Positions 1 to 9,449 of a stretch of 64,000 bases of DNA are shown here, piece after piece. How positions within the stretch are numbered: position 1 is the stretch's first letter; each line of letters begins with the position of its first letter. The DNA is from Candidatus Eremiobacteria bacterium (GTDB lineage Bacteria > Vulcanimicrobiota > Vulcanimicrobiia > Vulcanimicrobiales > Vulcanimicrobiaceae): NCBI GenBank assembly GCA_963737065.1, contig CAVTRC010000001.1, positions 1,152,001 through 1,216,000 on the forward strand, written 5' to 3'. The translations under genes were made by a program, and so were the position numbers. Below the pieces are notes generated by a model. It had not been told where the DNA came from and ran no database searches. It saw only the letters and a list, made by a program, of their open reading frames with translations.

Positions 1-286
1 GACCGCGGGTTGTGGTGGGTCGGGGAATCGTACGGGCGGCTGTGTTTCTTCTGCAACATCGGGCCGTGGAGCCCGCAAACGGCGCAACTGCAAGGAATTT
101 GGACGCCGGAGGATTTGCGCGGGAAAGGGCTCGCGACGGAGGCATTGAGCGCGGTGTGCGACCGTTTGCTCGCGATGTCGCCCGACCCTTTCGTTGTACG
201 TCAACGACTTCAACTCGAAAGCACTTGCGTTGTACGAGCGAGTCGGATTCAAAATCGTGTCCGAGTTCCAGACGCTCCTTTTTTAG
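1..286 (+). CDS. GNAT-family acetyltransferase, C-terminal part (5' truncated by window; one frameshift near 181)
   Basis: GIWTPEDLRGKGLATEAL (acetyl-CoA motif A), then after a frameshift LSLYVNDFNSKALALYERVGF, stop TAG at 284-286. Confidence 0.8.
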
Positions 287-472
287 TTACTCGCCGTGTC
301 GGGTAAAGCGGTCTTCGACGGTGTGTACGCCTGTTTCGACCGCGCGCTCGGTATTGGTCACGAGGCCGATGATCCACCGGATCGTCGCGATGACGCCGAT
401 GATCGCGAAAATAAAGATGATGACGAAGAACCACGCCGCGGTTTCGGCAAGGCGGATCAGTATATGCTCCAT
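287..472 (-). CDS. Small single-pass membrane protein (61 aa)
   Basis: ORF with hydrophobic stretch WFFVIIFIFAIIGVIATIRWIIGLV; abuts the GNAT stop codon. Confidence 0.6.
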   Translation of the reverse strand: MEHILIRLAETAAWFFVIIFIFAIIGVIATIRWIIGLVTNTERAVETGVHTVEDRFTRHGE

Positions 473-648
473 CGCCGTCGCTTAGCCGCTCGCCGGAATA
501 CGACCTTTTAGCGGCGCGCCTCCAGCGATTCCGGCGTTACGGGTTTCGCAATGGACCAGTTTGTCAATGCGCGAAGTTCAGGTCTACGGCGCAAGCGTCA
601 CAACGCTGCGCGGAACCGCGCTCGTGCCAACGTCGGAGGAACTCGCTC

Positions 649-1354
649 ATGGCCGTGGCTCATATCGTCCTTCACCTTACGTTGTGCAATGCGATGGTGC
701 ACGCGCCGTCGGGAACGCCCATCGATGTGAAACTGCACGCAACCGATCACACCGGGCGGCGAGACCTACGACCGCAAGTTCACGTTTACGCGCGGCGACA
801 GCGAGATTCAGACCGTCGAATTCGATTCGCCGCGTGGCGTGTTTCGCATGACGTACGATGCGCCAAAATTCAACTGCGGCGCCGCGGAATATGAGGTCTT
901 CCTCGAGGACGAATCGCGGAACATGAACGTGGCGCTTAAACCCGGCCATCCGCAACCGCGCAATCCGACGTTGCTCGTCGGCACCGCGCCGCAGGCATTT
1001 CTTTTCGAACAGCCGACGTTCGTGCTGATCGATAAGAGCATCGCTTGCGGGAAGCCTGTTGATTCGACGCTCGATGAGGACATGGACACCGAGTACGATC
1101 CCGGATCGTTCCATCTCAAACTCTATCCCTCGCCGGACATCATGCGACGCGGGTCGGTCACGCTTGCGTTTAAACTGACGAGCAGCACCGGCGACGACCA
1201 ATTCATCCGCTTGAAGTTTCCGTATCCGCAACCGTGGGCCGGATGGCCGTACACGATTCAATTCAATTTGCCCGAGGGAATCCTCGACGAAATCGCCACC
1301 GAGCAAAAAGGCGTACTGCTCTGCCCGAAGATCTACCAAACCACAGGCGGCTAG
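649..1354 (+). CDS. Hypothetical protein (frameshifted; ORFs 649-894 and 839-1354 likely one gene)
   Basis: GGAGG SD upstream of ATG 649; host-like codon usage continues across overlapping ORFs. Confidence 0.55.
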
Positions 1355-1651
1355 CGATTGCGGAAATTCAAAACCTGAAACGCTCTAGTGGCGCGCGAGC
1401 GCGACGACCAGAACGATAAAAACGATAAATGCTAAAAGATATACGAACTGCACGCCGAGCAACAGTATAATTACAACGTTGACAATCTTCTGGCGACCGC
1501 GCGCTTCATTCGGTTCTTTTCGCATGCCACTTTACCGGCGCTCCGTGATACGACTGGCGCGCGTTCATCATCAGCTGCTCATTGTCATCGCGAGGTGAAT
1601 TCACTCGAAAAGTCGTTATTTCTGAGCTGACCGAGTTGCCTGACTCTCGTT

Positions 1652-2842
1652 TTGCCCGCTGCGGTGGCGTTTGGGCTAACGTGGGCGCCCACTAGGCGAT
1701 TGCTGGCGCGGAATTTTTATGTCGAATATCTTATTGCCAGTCATGATCCGACGCGATGGTCATTTTCGGAGAGCACGAGTCTGAGCGAAGTTCTTATCGT
1801 TGCTCGTCGACACGGTGATGGCGAACGGCCGCGCGACTTAACTACCACCGTCGTCAATCTTTGGCAGAATCCGACAACGCCGGTCGACGCGTTGGCTATC
1901 GCGGAAACGTTGGCGCAAACTGCGCCCCCGTTGCTTATGCAAGAAGCGACGCCGCTGCGTGACGTCGTCTATTCTGTGACGACGCGTCAACAGAAAAGGG
2001 GCGAAGCATGTAGCGTTCCGTGGCGTTCAATTCAGGAAGGGCAATGGCGCCCGATCGCCTTCGCACAAACCGAGCTCAACCGCCTCGCGTGGCTCATACT
2101 CGAAGGCAAGTTTCGCTTACCTTCGCAGAAATCGTCAACTCGGCTCAATCTTGTGGCGTTGAAACAACTCGGCGAATTAGGCCCCGATGGACGAGACGTG
2201 TACGACTGCTTTGAGGAGTCTCTCTCAAAGAGCGCTTTCAGAGCCTTGTGGGGTTACGACGCCGACACAATGGCAAAGATGCACGGAAAGGCCAACCGCT
2301 ATCTCTCCGTGCATTCGAAACCCGCTCCTGGAAGACCAGAGCGTCCAGTTGATCTTGTCTGGCCGAAGGCCGGTCGGATAATGCTTCCGGACAAGATTTG
2401 GTTGACGACGCGTAGAGTCGTAGCTGTTCGTTTGGACAAACCCGCGGTAAGCAACGTCTGGTGGCCATTCAAATTGCGAGAGAACAACTATGATGCGGAG
2501 AAAGCTCTCGTTCTCTGGTTAAACAGTTCACTGGCCCTTGTTTTACTACTTTGGACACGTGTCCCAACACGCGGCCCTTGGCTGAAGTTCAAAAAGCCAC
2601 TTCTTAAAGAACTTCCGACGCTAGATGTGCTCTCGTTGTCTGAGCCGCAACTACGCACGCTTGCCGACGCTTATGATCGTTTCAAGCACAAAACGCTACG
2701 TCCATTGGCTGAAATCGAGCAAGATTTATGCCGTGCTGAAATCGATGATGTTCTCGCAAACGTTCTTCGACTGCCAGATCTTGCTCCGCTGAGAGAACTC
2801 TTGGCGCGTGAGCCTATCATCGCAAACGTGCAGATAAGCTAG
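1652..2842 (+). pseudogene. C-terminal remnant of a large Type IIG-like restriction-modification / N6-adenine methylase protein
   Basis: Begins at LVLPAA...W..TRRLLARNFYVEYLIASHDPTRWSFSESTSLSEVLIVARR (late MTase region) followed by a TRD-like region (ALVLWLNSSLA); no NPPY/F or FxGxG motif and no credible start upstream. Confidence 0.6.
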
Positions 2843-3157
2843 TTTGTTGTAGGATCAGCGTACGATAGCATTCGCTGTACGTGTGCGGCAGTGAAAATTT
2901 TGATCGCGGCGCGAGTGTAGGCATCCGGCGTCGAGCGGCTTCGCAGTCGTATGGACTCCAACGTCCCGCGCGCGGCATTTCGGCCGGATGAGCGCCAATA
3001 GCGGTGTTCGGGCCCATATGAATGCGGGACACAATGGCAACCATTTAGGCGGACGCCAGTAATCAGGCACGACTGTTCCAGCGGACCATTTCCTTACGTG
3101 ACGGGCGAGCCTCGCATTAGTCGCGAAGTTTACACAAAATGTCCAGGGGGAGGTCAT

Positions 3158-3738
3158 ATGCGGCGCTTTTCTCGACTAACTATCATTTGCTCGGCTGCGA
3201 TTCTCTTTTCGTCTGCTGGCTTTGCACGAGCCGCATCGAGCATGGACATCCTCCGTAACAAAGCTCTCGCGTTGCTTCCCCAGATTACGACCGTTTCGAT
3301 GAACGACTCTGACGTGTCGAATTACGGTTACGCGAAGGTGCAACACGATGCTACGTTCCGTCATGCTTATGAAAAGCTTATCGCCTCTGATCGAAACAAC
3401 GTGATTTTGGACAGTACTCTAGCCTTGGGGCATAGCGTCGAAAGTCCGATCGAGACCGTCTCCGTCAACGGTCGGGAAATTTTGATCGATCACGTGTGTC
3501 GGCCCCATGCTGTCCCGATGCGTATGCATTCTACGCATACGATCCACGCGTTAAGGTCATGTTCGCGTTCGTCCTAGCGGACAATCATATTAGGGCAGTC
3601 GGCAATCCGCCTGACCCGGTGATTCCCGCTCTTCTTCTTGACATGTGGGCCAGATCGGCGAGGGCTCCTAACTCTTCATTTCCTTTGCACGGGAATGACC
3701 TAAACAGTGTACGCGACTTCCTAATGGCGATACACTGA
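3158..3738 (+). CDS. Secreted Ivy-like lysozyme inhibitor (one frameshift near 3510)
   Basis: GGAGG SD, signal peptide MRRFSRLTIICSAAILFSSAGFARA; joined reading SPIETVSVNGREILIDHVCRPHACPDAYAFYAYDP resembles the Ivy CKPHDC loop context. Confidence 0.55.
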
Positions 3739-3905
3739 ATGCTCTCGTCGCGCGCCGCTATACTGGCCGCTTGCTCAGTGGCGGCACGATATGAAACGAT
3801 GGTTCGGCAAGAAAGGTGACTTAAGCGGTATCGCGCCGGATGCCGGCGCCGAGCTTTTTGGGCCGCAAGCGACGCATCGCGAGGCGCGATTGGGAGATGT
3901 ACGAC

Positions 3906-4592
3906 TTACTCGGAAACCGGCGTTTCGCCGAGCCAATCAAAGGCGAGCGTACGAACAGCATCCATCGTCGCGGCTTCGAGATCGCTGTACGTGTCGAAAT
4001 TATAGACGCCAAATAGCCGTGCGGGAAGGACGGCGTCGGCAACGTCGAGCCCGAGCTGTGTGAGCTTTTGCACCGGCCAGTGGTTTGAATCGTTCGCTTT
4101 CCAATCATAGTGGTGACGCGACCAATCCCCGACGGCGCGGAAAGCCTCTAACAGCGTCACGTCTTGAGCTTTCGCACCTCCAGCGATTTCATGCGCTTTA
4201 CGTTTCGCCTTAGCGGCTAATTCCCGCACGCCATTGTCTATCGTAATCACTAACGAACTGGCTGCATTCGCGCACTGCACGCGCAAGAGCCCTAAATGGG
4301 CGGAAATCAAACCGCTAGCAACGCCATTCATCTCTGCGACGTGAGCGGGAGTGAACGAGGGAGGCGCCGCCATTTCGTGCCTTCCTGCCTGCACCTCACG
4401 GGTTACAGCGTCAAATTCACGCAACAGTCCTGTCGCCTGATGGGACAGGGTCGCCAATGCGGGACGACCGGTGTCGAGATTCATCCGGAAGAGCGTAACG
4501 AGCAGACCGCGCTTGTTGATACTCAAGCCCGCTATTAGCTGTTCTACGTTATCTGGGCCGTTGTTGATGTTCTCGTGATTGCTGCTTGCCAT
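3906..4592 (-). CDS. Hypothetical helical protein (228 aa), island cargo
   Basis: Intact ORF with atypical codon usage; AVGDWSRHHYDW motif. Confidence 0.65.
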   Translation of the reverse strand: MASSNHENINNGPDNVEQLIAGLSINKRGLLVTLFRMNLDTGRPALATLSHQATGLLREFDAVTREVQAGRHEMAAPPSFTPAHVAEMNGVASGLISAHLGLLRVQCANAASSLVITIDNGVRELAAKAKRKAHEIAGGAKAQDVTLLEAFRAVGDWSRHHYDWKANDSNHWPVQKLTQLGLDVADAVLPARLFGVYNFDTYSDLEAATMDAVRTLAFDWLGETPVSE

Positions 4593-4927
4593 AGTGATCC
4601 ATACTCATTTCGTGAAGTGCTTGCGACGCGGTCGTCGATAGACAGGGCACGGAAAGGCGGAATTCTTATCCGAGACAAAAGTCAACGAATTGTTGTGCTA
4701 AATGAATAACACGGTTTTTGTGGCAACCGTGATGATGTAACTGATATCACCAAACGTATCTTTGTTCGCGGTAAAAAGGGCCATTTGTTGACGACCCGCA
4801 ATCCCGTAGGCCTCCAAATGCATGATATTCGGTAAATCCGTTGACTTACCGAATGAATTGCGGGTTTAAGGCCGCCCATGTTATCCGGCGCCATTTTTCG
4901 GGCGCCCAGCCCTTTCCGAGCGTCGTC

Positions 4928-5167
4928 TTATCTAAGCGGGCGCTCCAGAATTACCACTGGCCCCGAGGGCGCTTCGGCGTACGAAGCGACGACGTGCCAA
5001 CCCGCCTTACCGTTAGCGTTTAATTGAGCTACAAAATCAGCAGTCTGCCCGATGGTTTTGTACTCGAATGCTTGCGGTGCATCAGCCTTCGCGCTCGCCA
5101 CGTGCAGACCGAAAACGAGCAAAATCGCCGCGCAAAACATGACAACGATCGAAAAAACTGTCTTCAT
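4928..5167 (-). CDS. Small secreted DUF4177-like protein
   Basis: Signal peptide followed by FEYKT...LNANGKAGWHVV...VILERP; GGAGG upstream of ATG 5167. Confidence 0.65.
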   Translation of the reverse strand: MKTVFSIVVMFCAAILLVFGLHVASAKADAPQAFEYKTIGQTADFVAQLNANGKAGWHVVASYAEAPSGPVVILERPLR

Positions 5168-5276
5168 TCCATCCTCCAGCGAAGTATTGAATTTCCCCGC
5201 TTCGCTGCTATATCGGTACCGCCTTGAGTATTTTGGAACCATTCAGAAAAGCGCACCCAAGACTTGATCAAAGTCC

Positions 5277-5759
5277 TCAATTTCTCAGTATTGATAGCGC
5301 GCTCTCGCCTTGGAGCTCGCGTTCTGCGTCTGCGATCGCATCGGCGCGCATGCGCTCTAGCGTCGCCTCGTCAAAGGCATGCTCGATCCGTTCAGTGTCG
5401 AGGCCGCAAAGCTTCGCGATGCGCTCTTGCGCCGCAATAGCTTGTTTCAGCGCCGCGACGGCGCCGTTGATATTGCTCATGTTGATCGCCTGCGCGTGCG
5501 CCTCATAGGCGCGACGTACGGCGTGCTTTGCCTGCGCGACGAGTTTCCCGCGAAGTGCATCGCGCGCGAGCTGTCCCATGCGCGTCGCCCATCGTTCTTC
5601 GATGATCTTCGTGTACTTCGCCGCAGTCGTGCGCGTTATGCCGGGCACGACGCGTGCAATCGCGCTCGGACTCTCGATGCCCTGTAACATCGCCGTTTCG
5701 ACGAGTTCAAGCATGCGTTCGCGATCTTTGATTTTCCGTAGCCAAAGGGTTCCCCCCAA
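5277..5759 (-). CDS. HTH protein, terminase small subunit-like
   Basis: N-terminal HTH (SPSAIARVVPGITRTTAAKY), helical middle and ERIAKLCGLD, resembling the 'AKLLGL' motif common in phage TerS proteins. Confidence 0.5.
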   Translation of the reverse strand: MGGTLWLRKIKDRERMLELVETAMLQGIESPSAIARVVPGITRTTAAKYTKIIEERWATRMGQLARDALRGKLVAQAKHAVRRAYEAHAQAINMSNINGAVAALKQAIAAQERIAKLCGLDTERIEHAFDEATLERMRADAIADAERELQGESALSILRN

Positions 5760-6064
5760 ATGCGCTCATATCAGCGCAAAGCGAAGCGCGCTTCCGGCTT
5801 GCGCCCTGCCGACACGGAAGTGACAGGGGAACAACGCAAGCCGGAGCGCGTCGTCATTCGCACGCGAACGCGAGGAATATCGCGCGCGAAGTGAAGCGTC
5901 ACGCGGGACGAAGCAAGTACCGCGCAACGCTACAGCGTTACAGCGCCGGCCAGCCGCCGGGCGGTGTCGGTACGCCAAGCTCTTTCAGGCGCGCACGACA
6001 GCTCGCGATCTCCACGATGCAGGTTTCGACGATCGCGCGCTCTTTCTCGATGGCATCGTAGCCG

Positions 6065-6362
6065 TCAAACGACCACGACCCCTTCAATGATGCGAATCGC
6101 TAGATCGCGGCGCTCCTCGGCAATCTTCTGGCGCTTGCGCACGTCGGCGATGCGTTCTGTGTAAAACGCGATCGCGGCCGTCTCGTATTCGACTTCGCGC
6201 TCGCGCAATCTCGGCGGTGAGCCACGTCTTTTCGCTTTCGAGCTCGACGCGTCGCTTGTGAGGCAAGTTACTGCCGAGTGCGGTGTTCGTTCGCCGAAGA
6301 TCGGCCTGGAACGCGTTCAAAGCGACGAGTAAATCGTGCGGGTTTGCCGCGTGCGTTTTCAT
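6065..6362 (-). CDS. Hypothetical coiled-coil protein (one frameshift near 6200)
   Basis: MKTHAANPHDLLVALNAFQADL...AEIA joins EVEYETAAIAFYTERIADVRKRQKIAEERRDLAIRIIEGVVVV*. Confidence 0.4.
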
Positions 6363-6889
6363 CGCCGCTTCCGCCTTTCGGATCGACGAGGTTGGAGATG
6401 GCTTGCTCCATCGTCGTCTGCGCGGCTTCGCGGTCGCCCGCTTTCGGCGTTTTGCCGCGCAGAATTGCTTTGATGGTCGATTCGAAACTATCGTCCATTG
6501 TTGCTTCGTCCTTCGTGTTGACAACGCCCGATGCGCTCGATGCGTCGGGCAAGAAATAATCGAGCCGCAGCGGAACTGCGACTCGATATGTGGCTGACGA
6601 TACGACCTCAGCGATAACCTGGAAGCTTGCATCGTCAAGACACGCTAACGATTATTTTTTTCGTGCCGTCGAATGGGCCGAGGCTTGATTCGCGCGTGTG
6701 CGTTGCCGCGCCAAATGTACCATATTCAGGGGCTTACCATCCAACTTCGCGATGTTCGGCTTATACTGCGCGTCGGATACTCTTCATTTTCGACGTTGCA
6801 CGAGATTCGTACAGTTCGCGATCGTCCTCTGAAGCGGGTGTAATCAGTCATGATCATTTTCTGAAGGGGGGTTGGTCGCGTTCGCGTGC

Positions 6890-7414
6890 GAACTAGTATG
6901 AAGGCTTAATCCCTCCCCTATAGTACTTGACTGCATCTATTTCTTTTCTCTACTTTGGGTGCCGGTTTTTCCAACCGGCCGCGCTACCGGTTTCTCCACT
7001 GTGGCGTGGAAGTTTTGGTACTGTGTATCCGTTTTTTCCACCGGTGGAGATTTTGGTACATGGCGGATTAAAACGTGTGATAGCCTAGACACGCTTACAT
7101 CGTTCGAGGTCGACGTCGGTACGGCATCAAGTTCGATATAATAACGATTGGCCGTCCTCAACGTGTGATATACGTGGAGCAAAGTCCTCCGCTTTTCTAA
7201 GCGATCGTGCGACGGCTAGTAACGTCTTCCGATCGCAGCGTAAATCTCCGCACTTGACGCTCGTAGGCTAGGCCAAGCGGTATTGATGTTCGCCCTGATA
7301 GATGCGCGAGATGTTAGGAGGACGCGTATATCGAATGGGCTTCAGATGCGATCGTAAGATGGATGTGTAGGCTTCTGCAGAAGCTTCTATGCGCCGTGTA
7401 TCGTCGTCACGCAT
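6890..7414 (-). CDS. Phage-type replication initiator with N-terminal winged HTH (HTH_36-like); multiply frameshifted, 3' end uncertain
   Basis: Frames join manually to ILRSHLKP..RVLL..YQGEHQ.AWPS...DLRCDRKTLLAVARSL...TANRYYIEL, followed by a repeat-rich linker. Confidence 0.5.
6961..7065. repeat. Imperfect iteron-like repeats inside rep-like gene
   Basis: CCGGTTTTTCCAACCGG, CCGGTTTCTCCACTGTGG, CCGTTTTTTCCACCGGTGG plus GTGGAAGTTTTGGTAC and GTGGAGATTTTGGTAC. Confidence 0.55.
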
Positions 7415-7422
7415 CGCACCGA

Positions 7423-7634
7423 TCACGGCGCCTTTCTCAAGATGCGCGGGATAGCACTGTACGGGAATTCGAACCATTCTCGTTCCGATAGTGATTGCAG
7501 AGATCGTACCGTCGGCGATACGGCGGTAGATCGTGCGATCTGAGACGTTCAGAATGCGCGCGGCGACGCTCACGCGATATGAGGGCGTCGTCAGCTAGGT
7601 TTTGGAATTGTGGCAAGGCATTTAAGCCTCCCAT
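7423..7634 (-). CDS. Excisionase/HTH_17-family DNA-binding protein (frameshifted)
   Basis: MGGLNALPQFQNLADDALIS + VSVAARILNVSDRTIYRRIADGTISAITIGTRMVRIP. Confidence 0.7.
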
Positions 7635-7836
7635 TTTTCAGACGACGCCAGAAGCGTCGAGTGCGAGAGCCCTTAATTCTCGCGGCGGGAGCACGCCCGC
7701 TAATGGCAGAAACAGTAGCACGAGCCCTTGCCTCACGTCAACTTGAAGTCGAGACTTGAAATATATGCGAGGCGCGTTGACGCGTGCCGATCTCGTTCGT
7801 CATTGATGGAAAGACGACGAAACATGGGTTGAGGGG

Positions 7837-8055
7837 ATGATGCGAGACGACAAGCGTACCGTGACGATACAGAGGCCGCCCAAATCCTGGGCATCGGCCG
7901 AAACCAAGCTTACGAAGCGGCGCGCTCCGGAAAGCTTCCGACCATCGCCTTTGGCGAGCGGAAGAGCGACGGAAAGCCAACGCGTTACCTCGTCCCGGGC
8001 GCTGCCTTGAAAGGCTGCTTTCAGTGCGCGACGAACACGCGCACCCGCTCCATAG
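7837..8055 (+). CDS. Excisionase-like HTH_17 protein upstream of integrase (frameshifted; absent from ORF track)
   Basis: GAGGGG SD, MMRDDKRTVTI + EAAQILGIGRNQAYEAARSGKLPTIAFGERKSDGKPTRYLVP. Confidence 0.7.
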
Positions 8056-8080
8056 TCCGGGCGGCGAAAGGAGAGATACC

Positions 8081-9266
8081 TTGAAAGGGAGCGTAAAGCG
8101 CTTGCCATCGGGCAAGTGGATGCTCATTTACGACGCGCCCCGTTAATCGATGGCAAGCGTAAACAGCGACTACGAAACCGTATCTGTGAAGACCGAAGCT
8201 CAAGCGCGAGCGGCTTCTCGGGAAGCGGCTCGACACGATCGAGGCGGGCGAGTTCGAAGCGCCTTCAAAGATGACCTTTGGGGAGCTGCTCGACCGATTA
8301 TCTCGACGCGCGCAACGGCCGCATCGAAAGAGCACGACACTGGCACTCTATCGGCGCACGATCAATCAACACGTGCGCCCGATAGATCGGCGACGTTAAA
8401 GTCTCGAGAAGCTAACCAGGGACCATGTCGAGCGCGTTCTCCGGATACGGCGCGCGATTGCTCAACGCGAAAGCGCAAGGGGCAACGCGCTCAGTGCGGT
8501 CGGACGAAACGGAACATTCTCATTCGAGTACGATTCTGTGCTCGAATGGGGTTCCAAGAACTACGAAGGCGTTCGGAACATCGCGCGCAATGTCGAACCG
8601 CCAAGAGGATACGATCGCGAGGACGTCGCGTTCGACGGCGAGCGCGTTCGGAGATCTTCTCAAGGCCGCTAAGGGTACCGAAATCGAAGCCGCCGTGATC
8701 GCGGCGATCGGGACCGGGCTGCGCCGTGGCGAACTTTGCGCACTTCGTTGGTGCGATATCGACCTCGAGAAGGACGGCTCCACGTTCGTCAGTCCGGCTG
8801 CGCTGCTCGACGGTAAGAGTCATCACGAAGGCGCCGAAGACGAAACGATCGCGTCGCGTCGTATCCATCCCGGCGTTCGTTGTGACGGCGCTTCGCGCGC
8901 ATCGCGAAGCAACAGGCAGCAGCGTCATCGTCTCCTCGGCATCGGAAACCAGAGGCGACAGAAGGGGCCGTGTTCGATCGGTACGAGGCACGCGCTGGAA
9001 TCCGAACGAACTGTCGCGTCAGTTCTCGCGCATCGTCACGGCGCAAGAAATTGCCGCCAACGCGGTTCCATGATCTTCGCCACGGATACGCCTCGCTGGC
9101 ATTCGCCGCCGGCGTCCCATTGAAGATCGTGAGCGATCTGCTCGGGCACTCCGGGATCAACGTGACGGCGAACGTTTACACCCATCTCCTGGATAGCCAA
9201 GAAAGGCGACGGCGCAGATGCTCGACGCCATCTTAAAACGGCCGTTCGGCCGAAGCGATCGCCTAG
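8081..9266 (+). CDS. Tyrosine recombinase/integrase (ICEBs1/phage-like), many frameshifts
   Basis: AAGGAGA SD and TTG 8081; fragments GTGLRRGELCALRWCDID, PKTKRSRR, RFHDLRHGYASL, VSDLLGHSGINVTANVYTH show the R-K-H-R-H-Y catalytic set. Confidence 0.9.
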
Positions 9267-9280
9267 CCTCAGGCGATTCT

Positions 9281-9304
9281 GTGTAGTAGACGGTGTAGTA
9301 AAAC
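9281..9304 (+). repeat. Direct repeat, putative integrase arm-type sites
   Basis: GTGTAGTAGACG GTGTAGTAAAAC between the integrase stop and the tRNA 3' end. Confidence 0.5.
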
Positions 9305-9351
9305 CGACCGTGCCCCGCAAACCCGCGTAAAATGGGCGCGAAGCGAATAAG

Positions 9352-9445
9352 TGGCGGGAGCGTGTAGGAATCGAACCTACCAGCCGTCGTGAAACGGCCT
9401 CAGCGATTTTGAAGACCGTGCGAGCCACCAGACTCGTACGCTCCC
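9352..9445 (-). tRNA. selC: tRNA-Sec (anticodon UCA)
   Basis: 8-bp acceptor stem GGGAGCGT/ACGCTCCC-GCCA, 6-bp D-stem with UGGU loop, CT-TCA-AA loop, long variable arm, GTAGG-TTCGATT-CCTAC T-arm; selA/selB in the window. Confidence 0.97.
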
Positions 9446-9449
9446 ACGT

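Larger units (their letters stand above)
1355..9351. mobile_element. Integrated island / phage-satellite-like element at the 3' end of tRNA-Sec (left boundary approximate)
   Basis: Tyrosine integrase ends ~85 bp from the tRNA CCA end; two excisionase-like HTH genes, a rep-like HTH gene, a terS-like gene, and visibly AT-richer orphan cargo. Confidence 0.8.

Noticed and set aside
2906..2925. GCGGCGCGAGTGTAGGCATC as degenerate att copy of the tRNA-Sec 3' end
   Set aside because: Needs three mismatches and a 2-nt gap; could be chance in GC-rich DNA.
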